Source: an uncultured Clostridium sp. (lineage in GTDB: Bacteria; Bacillota; Clostridia; TANB77; CAG-465). Taken from it: 64,000 bases of DNA. Location: the NCBI GenBank assembly GCA_947361355.1, contig CANAIR010000003.1, positions 1,467 through 65,466 on the forward strand, given 5' to 3'. The notes beneath the pieces were generated by a model. That model was not told the DNA's origin. It saw only the letters and a list, made by a program, of their open reading frames with translations, and ran no database searches. Positions 1-8,055 of the stretch are shown in pieces (the first letter of the stretch is position 1; each line of letters opens with the position of its first letter). Both the position numbers and the translations under genes were made by a program.

Positions 1-465
1 CCAAGTTTTAAAAATGGTGTTGTAGAACTAGATGGAAATGCAAAAATTAGTTTACTATTGCAAGATTTATCGAATATGGAACTTGAAAATAAAGTAGTGG
101 ATATATTAATTAATGAGAAATTTGATTTGGAAAATGTACCAGAAAATATGAATGGATATGTTGATATAATTGGTAAGAATGTATCAATTACACAAAGCGG
201 ATCTGATTTAGAAGTAAGATTATCCATTGATATAAGAGTAAATATAGAAAATATAACCGTTTTAAATATAATAGAAAAAATTGAAGATAGAATATTAAAT
301 TTGTTAGATATGGATAGTATAAATATATATATTGTTAAGCCAGAAGATTCTTTATGGAAGATAGCTAAGAAATATAAAACTAGTATTGAAAAGATAGTTA
401 AGACAAATGATATTTCTAATCCTGATGAGATTGATATCGGACAAAAACTACTTATAATTAGGTAA
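1..465 (+). CDS. LysM-domain protein, C-terminal part (5' end upstream of window)
   Basis: Frame 1 is open from base 1, and the TTG at 58 is only the ORF-caller start. The C-terminal segment YIVKPEDSLWKIAKKYKTSIEKIVKTNDISNPDEIDIGQKLLI is a canonical LysM repeat. Confidence 0.6.
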   Translation, partial: PSFKNGVVELDGNAKISLLLQDLSNMELENKVVDILINEKFDLENVPENMNGYVDIIGKNVSITQSGSDLEVRLSIDIRVNIENITVLNIIEKIEDRILNLLDMDSINIYIVKPEDSLWKIAKKYKTSIEKIVKTNDISNPDEIDIGQKLLIIR

Positions 466-467
466 AT

Positions 468-1148
468 ATGCGATTAAAATATTATAAATTAACATTAAGA
501 CAAATTGGAAATAAAAGTCCATTTGTCTTTTTTTTCTTTCTAGTTTTTATAATAAGTGGTTTGTTTGTATATATATTTAATAAAAATATAGAGCCTACGT
601 TTAGAACACTTTGCGAATCAAATGCAAAAACTATTGCTCTTATCTGTGCAAATAATGCAGTGTATGAATCAATTGAAAATATAAAGTATGATGATTTAAT
701 AACTGTTCAAAAAGATGATAAAAATAGAATTACTGCCTTAGTGTCTAATTCAATTTTAATGAATAAAATATCAACAAATGTAACAACCAAGATACAAGAT
801 GAATTAATTAAAAAAGAGGAAAGTAGTATTATTTTTCCAATAGGAAGCATACTTGGTATGAAAGTTTTAGGTGGATTTGGTCCAAGATTAAAAGTAAAAA
901 CGGTACCAGCGGGTGGAGTTGTTGCAAATTTTAAATCTGAATTTACATCAACAGGTATTAATCAAACAAAACATAGAATTATTTTAGAAGTTTCTACATC
1001 AGTTAGAGTATTAGCACCATTTTTCACAGATTTTGAAACATATACAAATAATATAATAGTTGCAGAAACTGTTATCGTAGGAGATATTCCTAGTTCATAT
1101 TATGATATTGATGGAAATCCTAGTAATACTCTTGGAATAATTGAATAA
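468..1148 (+). CDS. yunB: sporulation protein YunB
   Basis: N-terminal TM segment. Contains the YunB-family core FPIGSILGMKVLGGFGPRLKVKTVPAGGV...EFTSTGINQTKHRIILEV...VGDIPSSYY. Confidence 0.8.
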   Translation: MRLKYYKLTLRQIGNKSPFVFFFFLVFIISGLFVYIFNKNIEPTFRTLCESNAKTIALICANNAVYESIENIKYDDLITVQKDDKNRITALVSNSILMNKISTNVTTKIQDELIKKEESSIIFPIGSILGMKVLGGFGPRLKVKTVPAGGVVANFKSEFTSTGINQTKHRIILEVSTSVRVLAPFFTDFETYTNNIIVAETVIVGDIPSSYYDIDGNPSNTLGIIE

Positions 1149-1248
1149 AAAATATATACAAAATTGGTAAATAATGGAAATTTATATAATATTACTAATT
1201 TTGTATTTTTATATTTTGAGTATTTTGTAAAATTTTATGTTTAGTATA

Positions 1249-1277
1249 TTGACTTTTTTAGCTTTTAAAGGTATAAT
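1249..1277 (+). promoter_or_regulatory. sigma-A type promoter of rplM-rpsI
   Basis: TTGACT (1249-1254), 17-nt spacer, TATAAT (1272-1277). Confidence 0.6.
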
Positions 1278-1296
1278 ATATAAGTATTAAATATAG

Positions 1297-1333
1297 TTAG
1301 TCGACTATACCCCGGAAAGTTTGACTCGACTAA
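1297..1333 (+). promoter_or_regulatory. leader hairpin upstream of rplM (possible L13 ribosomal-protein leader)
   Basis: TTAGTCGA (1297-1304) pairs perfectly with TCGACTAA (1326-1333). The hairpin lies between the promoter and the rplM SD. Confidence 0.35.
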
Positions 1334-1361
1334 AATTATCAATTAGGAGGATTTTTTAATT

Positions 1362-1796
1362 ATGAATAATACTACACATAGCGTAAAAGCTAAAGAAATT
1401 GAAAAAAAATGGTATGTGATAGATGCTGAAAATAAACCTCTTGGAAGAGTAGCAAGTGAAGTTGCTAAATTATTAAAAGGCAAACACAAACCAACTTATA
1501 CTACACATTTAGATTGTGGAGATAATGTTATAGTTTTAAATTCAGATAAAATTATATTAACAGGAAATAAATTAAATCAAAAAGTATATAGACATCATTC
1601 TGGATATGTTGGTGGAATGAAAGAAACTCCATACAAAGATTTAATGGCAAATAATTCAGATAAAGCTTTATTATTAGCTGTAAAGGGAATGTTACCTAAA
1701 AATTCTTTAGGTAGAACTTTACTTACAAATGTAAGAGTATTTAAAGGTAATGAGCATAATCTTCAAGCTCAAAAACCTGAGAAATGGGAATTTTAG
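1362..1796 (+). CDS. rplM: 50S ribosomal protein L13
   Basis: KKWYVIDAENKPLGRVASEVAKLLKGKHKPTYTTHLDCGD is the typical L13 N-terminus. GGAGG SD present. Confidence 0.95.
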   Translation: MNNTTHSVKAKEIEKKWYVIDAENKPLGRVASEVAKLLKGKHKPTYTTHLDCGDNVIVLNSDKIILTGNKLNQKVYRHHSGYVGGMKETPYKDLMANNSDKALLLAVKGMLPKNSLGRTLLTNVRVFKGNEHNLQAQKPEKWEF

Positions 1797-1809
1797 GAGG
1801 AAGTAAAAA

Positions 1810-2205
1810 ATGGCAAAAAAAGAATATATATATGCAACAGGAAAAAGAAAATCTTCAATAGCAAGAGTTAATATAATTCCTGGAACTGGAAAAATAACTA
1901 TTAATAAAAAAGACATGAATGAAGTTTATACATTAGATACTTTAAAAGCTATTGTATTAAAACCTTTTAAAGTTGCAAATATGATGGAAAAATATGATGT
2001 TGTAGCAACAGTTCATGGTGGTGGATTTGTAGGTCAAGCAGGTGCATTAGCACATGGTATTGCAAAAGCTTTAGCAACTACTGATGCAGACGTACATGCT
2101 ATTTTAAAAAGAAATGGTCTTTTAACTAGAGATTCTAGAGTAAAAGAAAGAAGAAAATATGGCTTAAAGAAAGCAAGAAAAGCACCACAATTTTCAAAAA
2201 GATAA
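1810..2205 (+). CDS. rpsI: 30S ribosomal protein S9
   Basis: YATGKRKSSIARV...GGGFVGQAGALAHGIAKAL...RDSRVKERRKYGLKKARKAPQFSKR is the S9 signature. Immediately follows rplM. Confidence 0.95.
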   Translation: MAKKEYIYATGKRKSSIARVNIIPGTGKITINKKDMNEVYTLDTLKAIVLKPFKVANMMEKYDVVATVHGGGFVGQAGALAHGIAKALATTDADVHAILKRNGLLTRDSRVKERRKYGLKKARKAPQFSKR

Positions 2206-2230
2206 AAAGCTTTTTATGCAAAATATCGAA

Positions 2231-2266
2231 AACCTCAGAAGTTTCAATACTTCCGAGGTTTTTTTG
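2231..2266 (+). terminator. intrinsic terminator after rpsI
   Basis: AACCTCAGAAG / CTTCCGAGGTT stem followed by T7. Confidence 0.8.
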
Positions 2267-2424
2267 ATTTTATAACTTTTTGTTAAACAACCTAAAAATC
2301 TTTCAAAATCAACATTTCTCATTTTTATATTATACCTAATTATTTTAGAAATATGCACGCAATATGCACAAAAAATAAGAAAATCTTTGTAATTATTAAT
2401 ATAAGTGATAATTAAAAAAGCCAA

Positions 2425-2595
2425 TTATGCACTATAATTTATCTGTACATAATCTCTAAAAATTAAATCTATACTATCTATCAATTTTACGCAACATAGC
2501 ATAGTGCCACTTTGTTGAGTAATATCGGCATATATTGCATCAAATCCCATAAACCTCATTATATCAGTAGAAATAATAGCTTTAATATTTCCCAT
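2425..2595 (-). CDS. hypothetical small protein (56 aa)
   Basis: ATG...TAA ORF MGNIKAIISTDIMRFMGFDAIYADITQQSGTMLCCVKLIDSIDLIFRDYVQINYSA. It is below the ORF-track cutoff and has no clear SD. Confidence 0.25.
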   Translation of the reverse strand: MGNIKAIISTDIMRFMGFDAIYADITQQSGTMLCCVKLIDSIDLIFRDYVQINYSA

Positions 2596-2774
2596 TGTTA
2601 ATTTAGTACATTTTTTAGCTTATATTTATTTAACATATAATATCACATACTATATATAATTAAATCAAAAATAGCTGAATACTTTAATTTTTTCAGAACT
2701 TTGATATATTAATATAATTTTTAGTATAAATAATATATCTAATTTTTTTAAATTTTTATCCAAAATATAAAAAA

Positions 2775-2808
2775 GCTCAGAAGTTTTAATGCTTCTGAGT
2801 ATTTTTTA
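2775..2808. terminator. bidirectional intrinsic terminator
   Basis: GCTCAGAAG / CTTCTGAGT stem flanked by an A-run and a T-run. It lies directly after the stop of the minus-strand zinc-ribbon ORF. Confidence 0.7.
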
Positions 2809-2973
2809 ATAATTATTTTTTTGTTGTTTCTTTATTATTCTACATTCTTTACATCTTACAGGTTTATTTTGAAATCCTTTTTCAGCATAAAATTGTTGTT
2901 CACCAGCTGAAAAAACAAATTCATTGTTGCAATCTTTACATGTAATAATAATATCTTCATAATTTGATTCCAT
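2806..2973 (-). CDS. small zinc-ribbon protein (55 aa)
   Basis: MESNYEDIIITCKDCNNEFVFSAGEQQFYAEKGFQNKPVRCKECRIIKKQQKNNY has CxxC...CxxC pairs. AGGAGG SD upstream. Not in the ORF track because it is under 60 aa. Confidence 0.65.
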   Translation of the reverse strand: MESNYEDIIITCKDCNNEFVFSAGEQQFYAEKGFQNKPVRCKECRIIKKQQKNNY

Positions 2974-3279
2974 TTGTTATACCTCCTTTTAGATTTGATT
3001 TGAATTACTTTTTTTACTTGACCAATCTAATAGAAGGTAAAATATTTAAAATAAATTCATGTGTTTCTTTTTAGAAACTATAATTATTTTATCATATAAC
3101 AAGAAAAATTACAACAAAAACTATAAAAATATTGATATTTTAAATATTAAGTTTATATAATTAATTTGTGAATGTTGAAATTTATACTAAAATATGGTAT
3201 AATAAAACTAGTGAATTATATTTTATGTAACTAATATTTTAGTAATTGTAAGTATTTTATAATTAACAGGAGGAAAACA

Positions 3280-3759
3280 ATGAAGGTAGGTCAAGCAGAA
3301 AATCAGTTAATTAATGAGTTTAAAAAGTTTAAAGAAGATTACCTGACCCAATTAGAAAGTATTGAATATGGAATAAAAATTTCAAAAAAATTCTTAGAAG
3401 TGGATGAGGATGATGAAAGTTTAAAATTTCCATTAGAAATTATATCTAAGTTAAAGTGCTTGCTTATGGAATTAAATGTTTTTAGTAACGATGATGGAAG
3501 TTGGGAGTTTAAATGTAAACTAAGTCAAAATAACTGGATTGTATTAACTAGTAATCCTAATAAAACAAATGGACTTGAAGATCCTATTAATGAAAAAAGC
3601 ATTATATATGCTCTTATGGCATTCCGATTAGAAATTTGCAAACTTATTTCAGAGTTCAAGGCTATTCAAAGGGGAGTTGATAAATATTTTTGGCCACAAT
3701 TTGAAACGGATTTAGAAGAGATTGTACTCCAATATATTAATTATTATGTATATAATTGA
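3280..3759 (+). CDS. hypothetical protein (159 aa)
   Basis: GGAGG SD and a clean ORF. No recognisable motif. Confidence 0.55.
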   Translation: MKVGQAENQLINEFKKFKEDYLTQLESIEYGIKISKKFLEVDEDDESLKFPLEIISKLKCLLMELNVFSNDDGSWEFKCKLSQNNWIVLTSNPNKTNGLEDPINEKSIIYALMAFRLEICKLISEFKAIQRGVDKYFWPQFETDLEEIVLQYINYYVYN

Positions 3760-3769
3760 TAATATTAAT

Positions 3770-3800
3770 AAAGCAGTGATATTTATAGTATCACTGCTTT
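3770..3800. terminator. bidirectional terminator between convergent genes
   Basis: AAAGCAGTGATA / TATCACTGCTTT 12-bp stem with a 7-nt loop. Confidence 0.7.
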
Positions 3801-3807
3801 ACTATAA

Positions 3808-4521
3808 CTATTTATTCTTGTCATCATCTAAACATATTTCAAAATTATCTATATCAGTTTGTGATAAATTAAAATTATTATTTTCTATTATTTTTATATT
3901 TCCTTTCTCAAATTCAAATAAATCAATTAAATCACCATTATAATATAAAAATCCATTTTCTATTTGACCTTTTGGATTATATTCTTTTAAACTACAACAT
4001 TTTTTAATAATTTTATTTAATTTTTCATTTGGTATACGTGGCATATTGTAGCTTTTTAAAAAATAAGTTGCCATGACATTTCTTATAATTCCTGAACGAA
4101 ATTTTAAATATGAAATTAATTTTTCTTCTGGAATTGAAAAGCACTTTCCATGCCAAAATATATTTTCACCATCAAAATGAATGTTAAAGTAGCTAAATAA
4201 ATTTTGTGAAAATAATGCTATAATTTCATTTGAATGTGTTGATTCATCAGAAGGATCTAAATCCTTTACTAGAAGCATTGGTTCAGGAAATATAAAACTT
4301 ATTTCATCAGCACCATGTATAGCATAGCAATTGTATTTTTGAGTAAAATAAATTGCAGTTTTCTTTAAAGTATTTAAAAAGCTTCCTTTAAAATCATACA
4401 TTAAATTAATTTCTTTGTTTTTAGTTATATCTTTTCCATCAAATCTAAGTACTAAAGGTTTTTTAGTACTTACTTTCATATTATATTTTTTTTGCCACAT
4501 ATAAAAATAACTGTTCCACAT
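3808..4521 (-). CDS. tRNA(His) guanylyltransferase (Thg1)-like protein
   Basis: LVLRFDGKDITK (RxDG) and HGADEISFIF (SDEIS-like carboxylates), plus FWHGKCFSIP..ISYLKFR, resemble Thg1/TLP palm-domain motifs. Start set at the ATG at 4521, which lies 7 nt after a GGGAGA SD. Confidence 0.55.
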   Translation of the reverse strand: MWNSYFYMWQKKYNMKVSTKKPLVLRFDGKDITKNKEINLMYDFKGSFLNTLKKTAIYFTQKYNCYAIHGADEISFIFPEPMLLVKDLDPSDESTHSNEIIALFSQNLFSYFNIHFDGENIFWHGKCFSIPEEKLISYLKFRSGIIRNVMATYFLKSYNMPRIPNEKLNKIIKKCCSLKEYNPKGQIENGFLYYNGDLIDLFEFEKGNIKIIENNNFNLSQTDIDNFEICLDDDKNK

Positions 4522-4540
4522 AAAAATTTCTCCCAACGTA

Positions 4541-4571
4541 TAAATAAAACAAGTAGGAAAATTCCTACTTG
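4541..4571 (-). terminator. terminator-like hairpin in the 5' leader of the Thg1-like gene
   Basis: On the minus strand, CAAGTAGGA-ATTT-TCCTACTTG is followed by TTTTATTTA and ends about 20 nt before the SD. Confidence 0.5.
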
Positions 4572-4809
4572 ATATATGTAATAGCTATAAAAATAGTTCT
4601 ATAATATATTTCATGGAATATGCTCCAGTACATAATATTACATATAACTTAATTATATAATATAAATTTAATAAAGTCTATATATTTTTGTCATATAATA
4701 TGAATTTAGTGGAAAATAAAAAGATAAGTGCTCAAAACTATTGCAAAAATAGCTAATTTATAGTAAGATTATATATAGTGAAAGTATAAAAATAAAAAGG
4801 TGAGGGAAA

Positions 4810-6429
4810 ATGAAAAGAATTGAGATTTCTGATGAAATATTTGATACATATATAGAGCCAGAAGACATATCACATGATTTGATGGATGTAAAAGAAGTGG
4901 CTAGAATAAATGGAATTATTTCAAAACTTAGAATGTTTACTAATAATGTTTCTGAGCTTACAAAGTCTTATACTAGTATTCTTATGGATGATAATGTTTC
5001 ATACATATTAAAAAAAGTAAGTCAAGATTTAATATTTGCAAAACATTTTCCAGAATTTTATGAAGTTAATCAATATGGAGAAAATGTTATAAATTGTCAA
5101 CAAAATTCTCTTTATCATAAGTATGGTGTATTTAAGCATATATTAGCTACTATTGAATCAGTAGCTAATTCACAAGCACCTGTTGGAGATTGGCAAAAGA
5201 AAATTTTAAAGTGGACTATGTTTTTACATGATATAGGAAAACCATATGTAAAAACCATAGCAGAAGATGGAACTGAAAGTTTTGCAGGACATGATGATAA
5301 ATCAGTTGAACTTGCTAAAGGAATACTTGATAGATTTGAATTTGATGATAATGATAAAAAAATTATTCTTACTTTAATAAAATATCATGATAGATTTTTA
5401 AATGAGGGTGAAATTACAAATGATAATATGAAATTTTTAGCCTCTGAGTTAGATAATAACAAAGAATTATTTTATCTTTTAATTGATGTTAAGACTGCTG
5501 ATGCAAGAGCTAAAAATATCGAAGTTTATAATAATTTTAAAATAGTAAGAAATAAATATTTAGAATTTATAAATAATTATTTTACATATATGCAATCTAA
5601 TCAAGCTGAAAGAGAAAAAGAAGAAAGTAGTACTCAAAATATAAGCCAAGATGAGATGACTAATGCTGAACTTACAGCTTTACTTGATTCTGTTCTTTCT
5701 AGAAGAGCAATAAAATCATTATATCAGCCAATTGTAGATGTTAAAAACCAACAAGTATGGGGTTATGAAATATTTACAAGAATTGAAAGCCCAAAAAGAG
5801 TAGATATTTTAAGATTTTTTGAATTTGCAAGGGATACTAACAAATATGAAAAATTACAACAAGTTTTACTTATTAATGGTATAGAAGATTTTGAAGACTT
5901 AAGTTCTAAGGAAGCAAAAAGGCTTTTTGTAAATTCTGATTTTACAAGTTATGAAAAGTATATAAATAAACCTAGACTTTATGATATGATGTCTAGAAAT
6001 AAAATTATAATAGAGTTTCAAAATTATGAGAAAAAGGATTTCAATAAAATTCAAGAAGTTATTGACCAAATACATAATAATGGTGGTCTTGTTGCATTAG
6101 ATAAGTTTGGAATGGGTTCACTTACAATTGATGATATTGCAACGTTAAATGTTGATTATATTATACCAGATATGTCTATAATACAAAATGTTGTAAACGA
6201 TTTTGAAAAACAAAGATATATAGCAGCGCTTGTTACATATTGTATATCAAATGATTGTGAAATGATAGCAGTTGGAGTAGAAAATATTCAAACTTTAGAA
6301 ACTTTGCAAAGGCTTGGAGTAAAATTAATTCAAGGTTATTTCTTTGCAAAACCAAATTCCAAAGTTAATTCTATAAATAGTAGTATAAAAGAAAAACTAG
6401 AAGAGTTAACACAGGAAACAATATCATAG
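4810..6429 (+). CDS. HD-domain / degenerate EAL-domain protein
   Basis: The N-terminal half has the HD motif (LFLHDIGKPY...GHDDKS...KYHDRF). The C-terminal half is EAL-like (LYQPIVDV...GYEIFTRI...FVNS...IIIEF...LDKFGMGS...VGVE...QGYFFAKP). Confidence 0.75.
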   Translation: MKRIEISDEIFDTYIEPEDISHDLMDVKEVARINGIISKLRMFTNNVSELTKSYTSILMDDNVSYILKKVSQDLIFAKHFPEFYEVNQYGENVINCQQNSLYHKYGVFKHILATIESVANSQAPVGDWQKKILKWTMFLHDIGKPYVKTIAEDGTESFAGHDDKSVELAKGILDRFEFDDNDKKIILTLIKYHDRFLNEGEITNDNMKFLASELDNNKELFYLLIDVKTADARAKNIEVYNNFKIVRNKYLEFINNYFTYMQSNQAEREKEESSTQNISQDEMTNAELTALLDSVLSRRAIKSLYQPIVDVKNQQVWGYEIFTRIESPKRVDILRFFEFARDTNKYEKLQQVLLINGIEDFEDLSSKEAKRLFVNSDFTSYEKYINKPRLYDMMSRNKIIIEFQNYEKKDFNKIQEVIDQIHNNGGLVALDKFGMGSLTIDDIATLNVDYIIPDMSIIQNVVNDFEKQRYIAALVTYCISNDCEMIAVGVENIQTLETLQRLGVKLIQGYFFAKPNSKVNSINSSIKEKLEELTQETIS

Positions 6430-6475
6430 GCTTTTATATATGTAAAAAAATATATACAAAAAAATGAAAAAAGTA

Positions 6476-6524
6476 TTGACAAACATTTGTTTTTGAATTA
6501 AAATATACTTATAAACAAATGTTT
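6476..6524 (+). promoter_or_regulatory. recA promoter with two SOS-box-like palindromes
   Basis: TTGACA (6476-81), 17-nt spacer, TAAAAT (6499-6504). AAACATTTGTTT (6481-92) overlaps the spacer and AAACAAATGTTT (6513-24) follows the -10. Confidence 0.6.
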
Positions 6525-6545
6525 GTTAAAATTTAGGAGGTAAAT

Positions 6546-7607
6546 ATGATATCAGAAGAAAGAAAAAAAGCTTTAGATATAGCTATGGCGCAAATAGAAA
6601 AAAATTTTGGAAAAGGTGCTGTTATGAAACTTGGTGAAGTTGGTAATGTAAATGTTGATTCTATACCAAGTGGAGCATTAAGCTTAGATGTTGCATTAGG
6701 AATAGGCGGTTTTCCTAGAGGTAGGGTTATTGAAATATTTGGACCTGAATCATCAGGAAAAACAACAGTTGCTTTACATGCAATTGCAGAAGCACAAAAA
6801 CAAGGTGGAATAGCAGCATTTATTGATGCAGAACATGCTTTAGATCCAGTTTATGCTAAAAATTTAGGTGTAGATATAGATAATTTAATTGTAGCTCAAC
6901 CAGATACAGGAGAGCAAGCTTTAGAAATAACAGAACAGTTAATTAGAAGTGGAGCTGTTGATATTATAACTGTTGATTCTGTTGCTGCTTTAGTACCAAA
7001 AGCAGAAATAGATGGAGAAATGGGAGACTCACATGTAGGTTTACAAGCAAGACTTATGTCTCAAGCATTAAGAAAACTTACAGGTGTACTTAATAAATCA
7101 AAAACAGTTGCGATATTTATAAATCAATTACGTGAAAAAGTTGGAATAATGTTTGGTAATCCTGAAACAACTCCAGGTGGAAGAGCATTAAAGTTTTATT
7201 CTTCAGTAAGATTAGATGTTAGAAAACAAGAAGCAATAAAAATAAATGGAGAAGTTATGGGGTCTAGAACAAAAGTAAAAGTAGTAAAAAATAAAGTAGC
7301 TCCACCATTTAGAGAGGCTATATTTGATATAGTTTATGGTAAAGGAATATCAAACGAGGGATGTGTTTTAGACTTAGCAGTTGACTTAGACATAATAAAT
7401 AAAAGTGGTGCTTGGTTTGCATATAATGGTCAAAAAATAGGTCAAGGAAGAGAAAATGCCAAAGCATTTTTAGCTAGTAATCCTGAAATAATGAAAGAAG
7501 TTGAAAAGAAAGTAAGGGATAATTACAATACAGCTTTTGAAAAGAGTATGGGAGAAATTCCAGAAGCAGGAGCAGAAGAAAAAGAAGAGATTGAAATAGA
7601 TGAGTAA
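6546..7607 (+). CDS. recA: recombinase RecA
   Basis: [22 protein letters not shown]...[12 protein letters not shown]...FIDAEHALD are the canonical RecA motifs. Confidence 0.97.
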   Translation: MISEERKKALDIAMAQIEKNFGKGAVMKLGEVGNVNVDSIPSGALSLDVALGIGGFPRGRVIEIFGPESSGKTTVALHAIAEAQKQGGIAAFIDAEHALDPVYAKNLGVDIDNLIVAQPDTGEQALEITEQLIRSGAVDIITVDSVAALVPKAEIDGEMGDSHVGLQARLMSQALRKLTGVLNKSKTVAIFINQLREKVGIMFGNPETTPGGRALKFYSSVRLDVRKQEAIKINGEVMGSRTKVKVVKNKVAPPFREAIFDIVYGKGISNEGCVLDLAVDLDIINKSGAWFAYNGQKIGQGRENAKAFLASNPEIMKEVEKKVRDNYNTAFEKSMGEIPEAGAEEKEEIEIDE

Positions 7608-7619
7608 GGAGTATATTTT

Positions 7620-8039
7620 ATGAGCTTTGAACTTGCAAAAGAAAAGGCAATAAGGTATATAGTGATAGCTAAAAAAACTGAATGTGAAGTAAGAAAAAAA
7701 TTGGAAAAATCGGGTTTTGAAGAGGATATTATAGATGAAGTAATAAAATATTTACAAAAACTTGATTATATAAATGATACTGAATATGTAGACGCATATA
7801 TTAGACAATGTATGCGTCTTTTAAACTATTCTATATATGAAATTAAAAATAAACTATTGCAAAAAGGTATAAAAAAAGATATAATTGAAGAAAAGTTACA
7901 ATTATTATATGAAAGTGATTATGAGAAAAATATAGTTGAAAAGTTACTTAAAGGTAAACTAAAATCTATGGAGCAATTGAAAAGAAAACAATATTTATAT
8001 AGACGTGGTTTTAGATGTAATTTTGATATTATAGATTAA
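7620..8039 (+). CDS. recX: recombination regulator RecX (short form)
   Basis: Immediately downstream of recA. Helical-repeat sequence with LDYINDTEYVDAYIRQ, typical of RecX. Confidence 0.7.
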   Translation: MSFELAKEKAIRYIVIAKKTECEVRKKLEKSGFEEDIIDEVIKYLQKLDYINDTEYVDAYIRQCMRLLNYSIYEIKNKLLQKGIKKDIIEEKLQLLYESDYEKNIVEKLLKGKLKSMEQLKRKQYLYRRGFRCNFDIID

Positions 8040-8055
8040 GTAAAAGGGTGATTAT

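Noticed and set aside
2194-2424. 76-aa minus-strand ORF after rpsI
   Set aside because: It spans the rpsI terminator hairpin, has no SD and shows no motif. Likely spurious.
3722-3943. 73-aa + strand ORF overlapping the end of the 159-aa gene and the Thg1-like gene
   Set aside because: It crosses a bidirectional terminator and overlaps the 3' end of the better-supported minus-strand Thg1-like gene.
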